From: Candidatus Parcubacteria bacterium
GTDB lineage: Bacteria; Patescibacteriota; Minisyncoccia; UBA6257; HR35
Direction of reading: 5' to 3'
DNA length: 64,000 nt
Assembly: GCA_025999335.1 (NCBI GenBank)
Contig: AP024681.1
Coordinates: 78,642-142,641, forward strand
Below the pieces are notes generated by a model. The model made no database searches and had not been told where the DNA came from. It saw only the letters and a list, made by a program, of their open reading frames with translations. Each line of letters opens with the position of its first letter. Position 1 is the first letter of the stretch. The translations under genes were made by a program, and so were the position numbers. Below are positions 48,755-59,263 of the stretch, in pieces.

Positions 48755-48891
48755 ATTTTTAAAATTTCATCTCTGAAGAATATTCCAACATTCTTAAGAA
48801 TGTGAGAATGTTATTTTATCAAATTTAAGAGCTGCTGATTTTTCTTTTTGAAATCTAAATCAGCGTTAATCCGCGTATATCAGCTTTACTT

Positions 48892-49518
48892 TTAAAACTT
48901 CACTTCTGGAGGTTTTTCTGCTGTTTCTTTTTCCTCGTAGTTTAATTCAAAATATTCAAAAGAAGGAAATTTAAAAAGATTAGCAATAACTGAATTTGGG
49001 AAAGATTGACGATAAGCTTCGTATTCTCTCAAAACCGCATTATAAAATCTTCGGCTGGCTTGAATTTTATCTTCAGCGTCAACTAATTCTTGCTGAAGAT
49101 GTAAAAAGTTTTGATTAGCTTTTAAGTCTGGATAATTTTCAGCAACGGCAAATAAAGACTTTAAAGCTGAAGTTAACATATTGTCCGCCTCAAGCCCTTC
49201 TTTAACTGTCTTTGCTTCTAAAATTTTACTTCTAGCTTCAGTTACTTTTTCAAAAACTTCTTTTTCATGAGCAGCATAACCTTTAACAGTTTCAATTAAA
49301 TTAGGAATCAAATCAGCTCTTCTTTTTAACTGAATTTCAATATCGGAAGAAGATTCTTTAACTTGCTCTCTTAAACGAATTAACTGATTATAAATTAAAA
49401 CTAACCAAATAAATAAAGATACAGCTAAAGCTACAATATTAAATTGCCATTCAACTATATTAAATAAACCACTGGCAATTATCAAAACGAAAATTATTAA
49501 AAATAAAGAGTTAATCAT
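48892..49518 (-). CDS. LemA family protein
   Basis: 208 aa; N-terminal TM, YNQLIRLREQV, RRADLIPNLIETVKGYAAHE, AVAENYPDLKANQNF, ASRRFYNAVLREYE match LemA conserved blocks. Confidence 0.8.
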   Translation of the reverse strand: MINSLFLIIFVLIIASGLFNIVEWQFNIVALAVSLFIWLVLIYNQLIRLREQVKESSSDIEIQLKRRADLIPNLIETVKGYAAHEKEVFEKVTEARSKILEAKTVKEGLEADNMLTSALKSLFAVAENYPDLKANQNFLHLQQELVDAEDKIQASRRFYNAVLREYEAYRQSFPNSVIANLFKFPSFEYFELNYEEKETAEKPPEVKF

Positions 49519-49591
49519 TAATTTAAAAATAAAAATTTCTTATTTTTTTAAATTATTTATTAGTAAATATCGACCAAAATTTTATTTACTT

Positions 49592-50197
49592 TTATTTATC
49601 TTTATTATACCACGGTTCCTGTTCAGATATTTTTTTAATATATGCTAGATATCTCGCCCAAGCATAAAAATAGCTTGACAAACGATTAAGATAAGCAATA
49701 ATAGTTTCATCAAGATGATATTTTTTACTTAAAACAATAAGCCTTCTTTCAATTCGCCGACTAACAGCTCGTAAATAATCCAACCAAGCGGAATTTTTCT
49801 CTGACCCGTAAATTATAAATTTATTTTTAGGCGAAATTTTATCTTCTATTGACATAATTTCTTTTTCAAGCATAGCAAGAGAATCTTTGCTTAACATCGG
49901 AGGTTTAAATTTTTTATATAAAAGATAAGCTATATTTGCCTGAATAATAAAAAGATTATTTTGAATATTAGTAAGTTTCTCGTTTAAAGAGTGAGAATGT
50001 TTGTGTTTGCGCTGATTAGCAAAACAAGCAGAACAAAGGTTAGTTTCAATTTTTGTCAAATGACTTTTGGCTAAACCAATGAGACTATTTAATTCATCTA
50101 ATTCTCCTAAAGTTTCAATAATAAAATTATCTTTAGATATTTTTTTATCTCCAATAATACTTTTTCCTTTATCGCCTTTACCAGTAAAATAAACCAT
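49592..50197 (-). CDS. ATP:cob(I)alamin adenosyltransferase, PduO-type (MMAB-like)
   Basis: 201 aa; N-terminal MVYFTGKGDKGKSIIGDKKISKD...GELDELNSLIGLA matches PduO-type YTRTGDKGxTsL...GtxDELNsxiG. Confidence 0.6.
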   Translation of the reverse strand: MVYFTGKGDKGKSIIGDKKISKDNFIIETLGELDELNSLIGLAKSHLTKIETNLCSACFANQRKHKHSHSLNEKLTNIQNNLFIIQANIAYLLYKKFKPPMLSKDSLAMLEKEIMSIEDKISPKNKFIIYGSEKNSAWLDYLRAVSRRIERRLIVLSKKYHLDETIIAYLNRLSSYFYAWARYLAYIKKISEQEPWYNKDK

Positions 50198-50209
50198 TAA
50201 TTGCTTAAA

Positions 50210-50422
50210 CTATAATCTTTTAATAATTCTACCTTTATATTGGTCATAAGGAGAGAGCTCCACCATTACATAATCACCAGGAATAACTTTAATAAAATTA
50301 ATGCGCATTTTACCAGCTACATAAGCAGTAATTATTCTCTCGTCTTCAAGTTTAACTTTAAATTTTAATTCTGGTAATGCTTCAATAATTCTACCTTTAA
50401 CTATATTGGCTTCTTTCTTCAT
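50210..50422 (-). CDS. infA: Translation initiation factor IF-1
   Basis: 70 aa S1-like OB fold; GKMRINFIKVIPGDYVMVELSPYD. Confidence 0.85.
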   Translation of the reverse strand: MKKEANIVKGRIIEALPELKFKVKLEDERIITAYVAGKMRINFIKVIPGDYVMVELSPYDQYKGRIIKRL

Positions 50423-50462
50423 TAGAAATAATAAAAAATTGCAAATAATTTAACTTATAAAA

Positions 50463-50933
50463 CTAATATAAATCAAGATCATTTAAAGTCTCATCAGGAT
50501 TATTATTAAGATTAGTAGGCTTATAAGAATCTAAATCTGATTCTAGGTTAATCAATTCTTTATCATCGTTATTAGTTGCATTTATATTTTTAGGACCAAA
50601 ACGTACGTTTTCAGCAATAATTTCATAAGACATACGTTTATTACCCTGAGTATCAAGCCATGAACGCGATCTTATTCTACCTTCTACAAAAATAAGCCTT
50701 CCTTTACTTAAATATTGCCTACACAAATCAGCTAACTTCCCCCAAACAACAACACGGTGATATTCAGTTTCTTCTTTCAAATTACCACTTTTATCTTTAT
50801 AAGAATGATTGGTAGCTACATTTAAAATAGCTAAAGAGACGCCTGAAGGCAAATAACGAAAATCAACTTCTTGAGTTAGTCTACCTATAAGTAAAACTTT
50901 ATTTAAATTCATTAAACAATTATTATTAAGCAA
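50463..50933 (-). CDS. ssb: Single-stranded DNA-binding protein
   Basis: 156 aa; OB fold NKVLLIGRLTQEV...YHRVVVWGKLA; acidic C-terminal tail; immediately downstream of rpsF. Confidence 0.85.
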   Translation of the reverse strand: MLNNNCLMNLNKVLLIGRLTQEVDFRYLPSGVSLAILNVATNHSYKDKSGNLKEETEYHRVVVWGKLADLCRQYLSKGRLIFVEGRIRSRSWLDTQGNKRMSYEIIAENVRFGPKNINATNNDDKELINLESDLDSYKPTNLNNNPDETLNDLDLY

Positions 50934-51288
50934 TATTAGTTAAATTGTGCTCTTGATTAGTAATGACGGTATTTAAAATTTGAGCTAATTCTTTAGAATT
51001 TCTTTTCTTTTTAAGAATAATAAAACGAATAATATTATTAATATTTTTTACTGCTTGGTGAAAATCTTTCATCTTACTAATGTCAGTTTCTTCAACCTCA
51101 AAATAAATTGTCCCAAATTCACCATTAATATGATTATTAATAGGATAAGCTAAATTTTTTATTTTCAGAGGATTTTTCTTCAATAACTTAAACTTAAAAT
51201 CATCTAAAAGCTGAAGAATTGTTTCTTCTACTTTATTACCAAAATCATTTATCGCCCAAAAACTTATCTCATATATTTGTTTACGCAT
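50926..51288 (-). CDS. rpsF: 30S ribosomal protein S6
   Basis: 120 aa; YEISFWAIND... LAYPI motif; rpsF-ssb synteny. Confidence 0.7.
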   Translation of the reverse strand: MRKQIYEISFWAINDFGNKVEETILQLLDDFKFKLLKKNPLKIKNLAYPINNHINGEFGTIYFEVEETDISKMKDFHQAVKNINNIIRFIILKKKRNSKELAQILNTVITNQEHNLTNIA

Positions 51289-51393
51289 TGTTAATAAATT
51301 ATCAGATTGATTTTTAATTTTAATATTATTATTATAAACTAAAATTTTTATTATCCATTAAAATCATACTGAATTAATTTTACCATAATTATC

Positions 51394-52434
51394 TTAAATT
51401 TTAATAAAAATTATATCATTATTTTCCACAAAACTGTTTCTGCCTTTTAACCTAATAACTTTTTCCTGACGACAAGCTTCCCAACTGCCACACCTTAGAA
51501 AATCATCTAAAGAAACAACCTCAGCTATCTTAAATGATTTTACAAAATCAGAATGAATCATAGGCAAAATATCAGCAATCATACTATTTTTAGCAGTAAA
51601 CCAACCTTGAGTAATTAAATTATTAAAAGTAAAAAACTCTATTAATTCTAAAGAGAGAGCGAGATCATATAAAAATTTATTAATATTATCAACATCACCA
51701 TTTTCTTGCAGCAAATCCAATTCCCACTTTAAATCTAAGTTATATGTCTTAATAAATAAATTTTCTAATAACGATAAATCATACTTTAATCCATTAATAA
51801 GCAAAAACCATTTTTTGGTCACCAATAAATTAAAATCTTTAAGAACATCGTTAAATCTAGAAAATTGTAAAAAATTAACTTTATCTAAATTATTGTTGCT
51901 TAAATGCTCAACAGCCATATCTAATTCTTGCGCTAACTCTCCTAAAATTTCAATAATTTTTTTATTATCTTTATTATGTTCTTTAAGAAGTTTATTTATC
52001 GATTTATCAATAATGGCTTTATCGGCAAAGATTATTTCTGTCAAAATAGTTATAATATCATTCAAAGGATCAATAACAATATTAACTGATGGTACTTGAA
52101 TATCAAAAAAATTTCGAGCTATTAAAAAAATCGCCTTACAACCACGTAAATAACTTAAAAATTCATTTCCTAATCCTTGACCCTGATGAGCTCCTTGAAT
52201 AAGGCCAGGAACATCAATAAATTTTAAATAAGGCATAACTAATTTTTCGGTTTTGGTTAGAGTATGCAAAGAACGTAAATTTTGCGAACAAACAAAAGCA
52301 ATACCTTCTTTAGATTCTAAAGTCGAAAACATATGCGGAGCAATAGCATTGTCTATATTGGTTACTAATTTTAAAAAAGTTGATTTACCGCTATTAGGCA
52401 AACCGCACAAACCAATAGTTAAATTTTTAATCAT
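51394..52434 (-). CDS. ychF: Ribosome-binding ATPase YchF (Obg-family GTPase)
   Basis: 346 aa; GLCGLPNSGKST G1, FIDVPGLIQGAHQGQGLGNEFLSYLR matches YchF G3 region, C-terminal TGS-like VIRLKGRNSFVENNDIIFIK. Confidence 0.85.
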   Translation of the reverse strand: MIKNLTIGLCGLPNSGKSTFLKLVTNIDNAIAPHMFSTLESKEGIAFVCSQNLRSLHTLTKTEKLVMPYLKFIDVPGLIQGAHQGQGLGNEFLSYLRGCKAIFLIARNFFDIQVPSVNIVIDPLNDIITILTEIIFADKAIIDKSINKLLKEHNKDNKKIIEILGELAQELDMAVEHLSNNNLDKVNFLQFSRFNDVLKDFNLLVTKKWFLLINGLKYDLSLLENLFIKTYNLDLKWELDLLQENGDVDNINKFLYDLALSLELIEFFTFNNLITQGWFTAKNSMIADILPMIHSDFVKSFKIAEVVSLDDFLRCGSWEACRQEKVIRLKGRNSFVENNDIIFIKI

Positions 52435-52474
52435 AAAATTTTGATTTTAAACTTAAATTTTCAATAGGGCAAAT

Positions 52475-52894
52475 TTAAATATTTAAAACTTTCTTTACTT
52501 CGGGATCTAAGTTTGACTGAAAATAGTTAAATAATTCACTTGGCATAACCCATTTAACTTCAGCAATCTCATCTTTTTCAATAATCTCTTGAACTGGTTC
52601 TTCGCTTTCTAAAGAGCACAAAAAATAAATTATAGGTATAAAAGTATCGGGATGAATTCTAAAATGTATTTGCCTAATAACATTTGTTTTATAACCAGTT
52701 TCCAGTAAAATTTCTTTAACAACCCTTTCTTCTCTACTTTCATTATCTTCTTGTACGCCACCAGGAAAAACCCACTCTAAATAACCACCTTTGTTTAAAC
52801 TTTCAGGATAACGACGCCTTACAATTAATACTTCTCCTTTTTTATTTAGAACTATACCAATAGTTACTATTGATTTCATCCGTTTATTATCCAT
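52475..52894 (-). CDS. NUDIX hydrolase
   Basis: 139 aa; Nudix box GGVQEDNESREERVVKEILLETG. Confidence 0.75.
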   Translation of the reverse strand: MDNKRMKSIVTIGIVLNKKGEVLIVRRRYPESLNKGGYLEWVFPGGVQEDNESREERVVKEILLETGYKTNVIRQIHFRIHPDTFIPIIYFLCSLESEEPVQEIIEKDEIAEVKWVMPSELFNYFQSNLDPEVKKVLNI

Positions 52895-52976
52895 TTTTTA
52901 AAGATTATTAATTATTAACGATTTATTAAAATTTGACTTTTAATAAAAATTAATTATAATTATAATTTTATCATAG

Positions 52977-53447
52977 ATGAATGACAAAATATATATATCA
53001 AAAGAACAATTAGAAAATTTAAAAAAAGAATTAGAGTATTTAAAGAGCGAAGGCAGAAAAATGACTGCTGAAAAACTTAAAACTGCTTTATCTTTTGGTG
53101 ATATAAGCGAAAATGCTGAATATGACGAAGCAACAGCGCTTAAAGAAAGACTAGAAAAACGTATTCTCGAATTAGAACATATAATCAGATCAGCAAAAAT
53201 AATAAAAGATGTTAAAAATAAAGACCGAATTTTCCCAGGCTCAACATTTGAATTATTAGATCTCTCCACAAATAAAAAATACACTTTCACTTTAGTTGGA
53301 TTTGGCGATGCTGACCCACAAAAAAAACAAATCTCAGCTGAATCACCATTGGGCAAAGAATTGTTAAATAAAAAAGTTGGCGATATTATTAAAGTTAAAA
53401 CTCCTAAAAAAGAAATTAATTATAAAATAACAAAAATTATAAAATAA
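52977..53447 (+). CDS. greA: Transcription elongation factor GreA
   Basis: 156 aa; N-terminal coiled coil with acidic tip DISENAEYDEA, C-terminal FKBP-like domain. Confidence 0.85.
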   Translation: MNDKIYISKEQLENLKKELEYLKSEGRKMTAEKLKTALSFGDISENAEYDEATALKERLEKRILELEHIIRSAKIIKDVKNKDRIFPGSTFELLDLSTNKKYTFTLVGFGDADPQKKQISAESPLGKELLNKKVGDIIKVKTPKKEINYKITKIIK

Positions 53448-54047
53448 CTATTTTCTCTCAACAAAAGATAATTTAATTGTTTCTGGATCAATAAACTCTA
53501 TTTCTCCACCTAAAGGAATACCCCGAGCTAAAAAAGTAAATTTTAATTTAGGAAACTTTTTAACAAGAATGTTTAAATGTTTGATTGTTGGTAAAGCTTC
53601 ACGAGTATAAGGTAAAGCGATAATTATTTCTTTGTATTGCTTAGTAGATAAACGCGACTCTAAAATTTTTAATCTTTCTCTAATAATACTTTTATTTTCA
53701 AATGGCAAAATTAAACCTCCTAAAATAAAATATTTACCTTGAAACACTTTAGCGCTTTCTAAAGTCAAAACATCAGTTTCGCGAGCTACAATCATCATAA
53801 TATCATCACGACGATGACTATTGGCGCAAATATTACATAATTCATTAATAGAAGGAAAAAAACAATTCTGACAAAATTGGATCTCGCTTAAAGTCACATT
53901 TATATTTTCTAAAAATTTTTTCTTTGTTTTTTCATCCTGTTTAATTAACCAAAAAAATAATCGTAAAGCTTGACGTGAGCCTATTTCCGGAAAAGAATCA
54001 AAAAATTCTATTATTCTTTTAAATAAAGGAGGTAAGATTGATGACAT
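53448..54047 (-). CDS. recR: Recombination protein RecR
   Basis: 199 aa; HhH LPPLFKRIIEFFDSFPEIGSRQALRL, C4 zinc finger CQNC...CNIC, Toprim domain. Confidence 0.85.
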   Translation of the reverse strand: MSSILPPLFKRIIEFFDSFPEIGSRQALRLFFWLIKQDEKTKKKFLENINVTLSEIQFCQNCFFPSINELCNICANSHRRDDIMMIVARETDVLTLESAKVFQGKYFILGGLILPFENKSIIRERLKILESRLSTKQYKEIIIALPYTREALPTIKHLNILVKKFPKLKFTFLARGIPLGGEIEFIDPETIKLSFVERK

Positions 54048-54070
54048 TATTTAATTTAGCGTTTAGCATA

Positions 54071-55435
54071 TTAATGAAATTCTATTTCTTCTGGTTGAGT
54101 TTCTAAAGTATAAAAAGAAGCTGTCTCAGCGTCAAAAAATAAATCAACACTACCGATAGGACCATTTCTATGTTTAGCAATGATTATATTAACTTGATTA
54201 GAAGGTAAAGCGGCGGCTGTTTCTTTAGGACGATGTATAAAAATAACTACATCCGCATCTTGTTCAATACTACCTGATTCTCTTAAATCAGATAAACGAG
54301 GAATTTGAGAAATTCTTTGTTCCGGTGCTCGCGATAATTGCGAAATAGCTAAAACAGGAGTTTCTAATTCCCTTGCTAATTCCTTTAAGCTTTTCGATAT
54401 TTCACTAACTTCTTGAACTCGATTATCTATCATTTTGCTTGATCTTATTAACTGTAAATAATCAATCACTATTAATCCTAATTCGCCTATTTCATGCTTT
54501 AATTTTCTTGCCATTGTTCTAATCTGCAAATTATTAAGACTAGGACTATCGTCTATAAAAATCGGGACGTTTTTAAGTTTGTCAATAGCTTCATCAATTA
54601 ACGCTAATTCATCAACATTACCTTCGCTGCTTAAACGTCCCGTACGTAAACGCCATAAACTAATACCTGCCTGCGAAGCAATTAAACGATCGGCTATCTG
54701 ATCTTTAGACATTTCTAAAGAAAAAATGCCTACCGGGATATTTTCTTCAACAGCTAAATAACGTGCAATATTAAGCGCCAACGCTGTTTTACCTTGAGAT
54801 GGCCTTGAGGCTAAAATAATTAAATCTGATTTTTGTAAACCTCCTAAATACTCGTCTAATTTAACAAAACCTGTAGGAATCCCTCTTAAAATAACTCCTT
54901 TTTGTAAATCATAAATTCTTTTACGACTGTCATCAAGTAAATTATTTAAAGGTATAAATTCATAAGGATACACTTTTTCAGCTATAGTAAATATATTTTT
55001 CTCAACCTCATCAATTAATTCTTCGGCATCTTTATTTTCATCGTCAACTAATTCTCTAATTTTTTGAGATAATTCTAATAAATCTTTTCTTGATTTCCTT
55101 GTTCGAATCAATTTAGCGTAAGAAACTATATTAACAACTGAAGGAGCTTTGTTAACCAAATTCACCAAATAACCATAACCTCCAATGTTGTCTAAAATTT
55201 TTTTCTCTTGCAAACGATTGCTGACAGTAATAATGTCTATGCCTATTCTTTTTTCAAATAATTCTAAAATAGCTTTATAAATTTCTTGATTTTCATTTTT
55301 TAAAAAATCCTCAGGCTTTAAAATGTCAGCAATTTTAATAATACCTTCATCATCTATTAACAGCGCTCCTAATAATGCTTCTTCTAAATCATCCAAAATA
55401 TGGGCAAGTTTATTCAGGTTATTAAAAGAATTCAT
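54071..55435 (-). CDS. dnaB: Replicative DNA helicase DnaB
   Basis: 454 aa; Walker A ASRPSQGKTALALNIA, Walker B LIVIDYLQLI, arginine-finger region. Confidence 0.85.
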   Translation of the reverse strand: MNSFNNLNKLAHILDDLEEALLGALLIDDEGIIKIADILKPEDFLKNENQEIYKAILELFEKRIGIDIITVSNRLQEKKILDNIGGYGYLVNLVNKAPSVVNIVSYAKLIRTRKSRKDLLELSQKIRELVDDENKDAEELIDEVEKNIFTIAEKVYPYEFIPLNNLLDDSRKRIYDLQKGVILRGIPTGFVKLDEYLGGLQKSDLIILASRPSQGKTALALNIARYLAVEENIPVGIFSLEMSKDQIADRLIASQAGISLWRLRTGRLSSEGNVDELALIDEAIDKLKNVPIFIDDSPSLNNLQIRTMARKLKHEIGELGLIVIDYLQLIRSSKMIDNRVQEVSEISKSLKELARELETPVLAISQLSRAPEQRISQIPRLSDLRESGSIEQDADVVIFIHRPKETAAALPSNQVNIIIAKHRNGPIGSVDLFFDAETASFYTLETQPEEIEFH

Positions 55436-55720
55436 AATAATTAATTATATTACTAGTTTTATTAATAAATTATCTAAAAATTTTTTAAAAATAAAAAATC
55501 TGGAAAAAATGAGGATAAACTAATAATTAGTTTAAATTTAATTTAAAAAATAATCTTTATTATCAATAAAAGAAAAAAGCCATTAAAATATAATCTTAAA
55601 ATAAAATTATAATAAGATTGCATCATTAATCAAAAATTGGCTAATATTAATTTTTATTAATAATTCTTTTGGATTGTTAAGTCGAAATTAAAATATAAAA
55701 TTAATTTTTCTTTATTAATA

Positions 55721-56098
55721 ATGACTCATCCTGAAAATATTAATCCTCCTAAAGACCACCTGGAAAATTCAAAAAATCAAGAAAAAGAATTTTCAGCAAG
55801 TCAAGAAATTAAACGCGGTCCCTATGCTCTTCAACTAAAAGTTATATATACACGTTACCTAGGATATTCTCTTAATATTCTTGGTATTCCTTATAAAACT
55901 TCCCAAGGATGGAATACAAAAGATGAAACTTATGAGCTCAAAACCGATGATGCTGAAAAAGCAAAAGAAATTTTTGAAAAAATAAAAAAATTCTTAGAAG
56001 AAACAGACAGCGATTGGAATGAATTATTTCCTGAAAAATTCAAATTTATTTTAGAAAAAACTATTAAGGAGATTATTAATAGTAAAACAAATAATTAG
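55721..56098 (+). CDS. Hypothetical protein
   Basis: 125-aa ORF, charged, no recognised motif. Confidence 0.35.
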   Translation: MTHPENINPPKDHLENSKNQEKEFSASQEIKRGPYALQLKVIYTRYLGYSLNILGIPYKTSQGWNTKDETYELKTDDAEKAKEIFEKIKKFLEETDSDWNELFPEKFKFILEKTIKEIINSKTNN

Positions 56099-56425
56099 AT
56101 TTTTAAAATTATTCTTGCTCATAATTTTATCACCGCCTTTATCTTGATAATTAAATTTAGCGCCATAAAATTATAAACATAAAAAAATTAAGCATATACC
56201 AAATAATCATAAAAACTTAATAATCCAAAAAATTTTTATTATTTAAAAGATAAAGTTATAATAATAAAAATAGTCCTCTTGTCTATTCAATATTAAAAAT
56301 ATTGCATTTATTGCTAAAAAAATATGTTTTAAAATATAGATAACAAAAATCAAATTGCAACCAATTGGTCAATAAATTAATTAATCCCTTATTTTGGCGC
56401 TTACTATCTCAAAACCTTAATAAAA

Positions 56426-58474
56426 ATGTCAAAAAAAGTATTCTTTATAAGCACAATAATACTCTTATATACATTATTGGCAACAGCCGAAACAAACTAT
56501 CAACAATTATCACTTTCTAATCAGTCTACGCCTCAAATCAAATTAGAAAATAAAAACGGCAACATTGAAATAAAATTAGAGATACCTGACGATTTAAAAG
56601 ATTCAATCACAATAGATTATTTTGAAATTTATAGAAATAATTCACTAATTGTAACGACAACAACAAATGAATTCATAGATCAACTAAAACAAAATGGTCA
56701 ATACAACTATAAATATATAATCCACGCTAAAAATAGATCCAACAATACAACTCTTACAATAACCAGTCCAGAAAAAACAATTGTTATTGAAAACTTAGCA
56801 ACAACAACTACTACTAATAATACTTCAACCACCTCAACTACAAATATTTCTACTACTAATATTTCTTCTAATACTTCTTCAGCAACTACTTCTACAACTA
56901 CTTCTAATAATTATAATACTTTTGTCACCAACAATATTATTTCAACAACCACCACAGGACGAAACACAGAGGAAACTGAAAATGAATTTAGCGTCGAAAA
57001 TATAACCGCAAATAATTTATCAAATATTAATACCACCACAACAAAAATTACTCCTTCCCAAGAACAAAAGAAAATACCCGAAACACCACGCTCTCGTCTT
57101 GAACAACCTTTGCCTAAAACTACTGCAACTATTAAAGAAGCAGAAATAAAGAGTAGAAAGGAAACAAAAGAATCTGCTAAAGAAAAAGTAAAAGAGACGA
57201 AAGATGAAATTAATAAAATGTCACCAGTAAAAATAAAATTAACTGGTCAAACGTTAACAACTGAAGGAGAAATTTTAGGTAAAAGCAAAGTCTTCATTCA
57301 AACAGCAAAAGACATCTATGAAATTGAAACAAATCAAAACGGAGAATTTAACATTGAGATACCTGGTTGGCAAAATATTACTATCAATAGTGTTTATGCC
57401 AGAGATTCGTCTATTTATAAATCAAATATAATTAATCTTAACCTTACTGAGAGTGATCAAAATATTAATATTTATTTAGAAAAAGAAAAAATAGTTTTAC
57501 CTCAACCAATAGAAAAAGCAATTGCAACTAATAAAGAAGAAAAAATAGTTCTTGATGATAATACAGAAATTACTATCCCCGCAACGGCAGTTACCACAAC
57601 AAACATTATCAATGTTGATATTAAACCAACAATTGAGGTACCGCCAGTAACTAATTTTAGTTTCATCGATAAAGTCTATGACATAAAACTTAGAGATCAA
57701 AATAATAATGAAATTAAAAATCTTGATAAAGAAATAGAAATTAAAATAGAATATGATCCTCAAGTATTAAAAGAAAAAAATTTAAGTGAAGATGAAATTT
57801 TAATCGGTTATTTTGATGAAATAAATAAAATTTGGATTCCTTTAGAAAAGTATACTCTTGACAAAAAAAATAAAGTTATTATTGGTTATGTCCAACATTT
57901 AACCAAATTTGCAATCATTAGTTTTGTTGATCGCACTCCACCGCCACCACCAACAAACATCAACTTAACTTTAACAAAAGACAAAAAAGTAAAAATTAAT
58001 TGGACTAATCCGCTGCAAGATTTTAAACATATAAATATCTATCGTTCGTCAACGACCAACTCTTCAACCATACTTTTATTTAAAGCAATAACCTCAACAG
58101 AAATTATTGACCAAAATGTTGATTGGGGAAAAACTTATTATTATTTAATCAAATCAGTAGATTATTTCAACAATGAATCAACAAACACTAAACCGTACAT
58201 TATTACTGTTTTCAGTTTTAATCGTTATTTAAAAGTCGGTAATAAAGGAGAAGATGTTCGTCACTTACAAGAAATACTAATTAAAGAAAATCTGCTCTCA
58301 GAAAAAATCAAACTTGGCTATTTTGGTTTAGCTACTAAAAATGCAGTAATAAAATTTCAAGAAAAATATTCTAAAGATGTCTTAGAACCTTTGTCATTAA
58401 AAAAAGGAACAGGATTTGTGGGACCTTATACTATCAAAAAACTCAATCAAATTTTAAACTCTGTAAATGAATGA
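56426..58474 (+). CDS. Secreted protein with Ser/Thr-rich linker, FN3-like region and C-terminal peptidoglycan-binding (PG_binding_1-like) domain
   Basis: 682 aa; signal peptide MSKKVFFISTIILLYTLLATA; long T/S/N-rich low-complexity segment; C-terminal LKVGNKGEDVRHLQEILIKENLL...GYFGLATKNAVIKFQEKYS. Confidence 0.55.
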   Translation: MSKKVFFISTIILLYTLLATAETNYQQLSLSNQSTPQIKLENKNGNIEIKLEIPDDLKDSITIDYFEIYRNNSLIVTTTTNEFIDQLKQNGQYNYKYIIHAKNRSNNTTLTITSPEKTIVIENLATTTTTNNTSTTSTTNISTTNISSNTSSATTSTTTSNNYNTFVTNNIISTTTTGRNTEETENEFSVENITANNLSNINTTTTKITPSQEQKKIPETPRSRLEQPLPKTTATIKEAEIKSRKETKESAKEKVKETKDEINKMSPVKIKLTGQTLTTEGEILGKSKVFIQTAKDIYEIETNQNGEFNIEIPGWQNITINSVYARDSSIYKSNIINLNLTESDQNINIYLEKEKIVLPQPIEKAIATNKEEKIVLDDNTEITIPATAVTTTNIINVDIKPTIEVPPVTNFSFIDKVYDIKLRDQNNNEIKNLDKEIEIKIEYDPQVLKEKNLSEDEILIGYFDEINKIWIPLEKYTLDKKNKVIIGYVQHLTKFAIISFVDRTPPPPPTNINLTLTKDKKVKINWTNPLQDFKHINIYRSSTTNSSTILLFKAITSTEIIDQNVDWGKTYYYLIKSVDYFNNESTNTKPYIITVFSFNRYLKVGNKGEDVRHLQEILIKENLLSEKIKLGYFGLATKNAVIKFQEKYSKDVLEPLSLKKGTGFVGPYTIKKLNQILNSVNE

Positions 58475-59259
58475 AACTAAAATTTATAATTATCATTATC
58501 ATAATTTTTAGCTTATTTTTATCGGCTTTGCTCTATTATTCTTTTTCGCAACAATCCAATAATCAATTATCATCGCTCTCAACTCTACATTTTTACGACG
58601 AACCAAGCATCGATCTTAAACACATTAATTTATATGCTATCTATGTTGTTGCGGCTGATAAAAAAAACGAAATAAAAAATAACTGGCAACAATTAATAGA
58701 AAAAAGTTTACAAAAAATATCAGCCTTTCATCAAAATCAATTCCGCAATTTATCTCATCTGGAATATAAAATTTATAAGCAACCAATTATTATAGAAAAT
58801 ATTGATACTATGAATAACAAAGGTTTTGATGTTACTTCCCTGCCTGAATTTTTCAAAATAATTGAAAAGATAGACAAAGAAATGCCTTTGGATTTTATAA
58901 CAAATAAAAATGATATCTATAAAATTTTAGTTATTTTTTACGAAGGAGAAAATACTGCTTTTGGTTCCGCAATAGTTGATAAAGAAAATATTGCCGAAAA
59001 ATATCAACAATCTTCCCGAATTATAACAACAACGATTGAAAATTTTAATGGTGTAGCGTTAATTAGTAACGATTATCTAAACAAACCCTACGGCGAATCC
59101 ATCCTCTATCACGAAATCGCTCATACCCTTGGTATACCTGATTTTTATAAAGATAATCAAGAATTATCTTTAGATATTATGGGCAATGGACGTTTTATAC
59201 CTTTAGAAATTAATTATCTTGATTACGAAATTATAAAAAAAATGACACAAACTAAATAA
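58471..59259 (+). CDS. Membrane-anchored putative zinc metallopeptidase (HExxH)
   Basis: 262 aa; N-terminal TM; YHEIAHTLGIPDFY (HExxHxxGxxD, M64-like spacing); start overlaps upstream stop (ATGA). Confidence 0.4.
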   Translation: MKLKFIIIIIIIFSLFLSALLYYSFSQQSNNQLSSLSTLHFYDEPSIDLKHINLYAIYVVAADKKNEIKNNWQQLIEKSLQKISAFHQNQFRNLSHLEYKIYKQPIIIENIDTMNNKGFDVTSLPEFFKIIEKIDKEMPLDFITNKNDIYKILVIFYEGENTAFGSAIVDKENIAEKYQQSSRIITTTIENFNGVALISNDYLNKPYGESILYHEIAHTLGIPDFYKDNQELSLDIMGNGRFIPLEINYLDYEIIKKMTQTK

Positions 59260-59263
59260 CATA

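Noticed and set aside
47869-48776. Four overlapping ORFs (77, 62, 137 and 80 aa) in alternative frames of the high-GC island
   Set aside because: Arg/Pro/Ser/Gly-rich translations typical of off-frame reading of GC-rich DNA. Only the 283-aa frame spans the whole island and yields a coherent hydrophobic membrane protein with SD and terminator.
47752-48891. Mobile element (IS/integron/phage) as carrier of the high-GC gene
   Set aside because: No transposase, integrase, attC-like or terminal inverted repeats were recognised flanking the island, so I cannot call a mobile_element feature. The flanking palindromes are reported as a finding instead.
52940-53356. 138-aa minus-strand ORF overlapping greA
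   Set aside because: The plus-strand frame gives a clear GreA (coiled coil + FKBP-like) protein. The antisense ORF is low-complexity Ser/Phe/Ile-rich.
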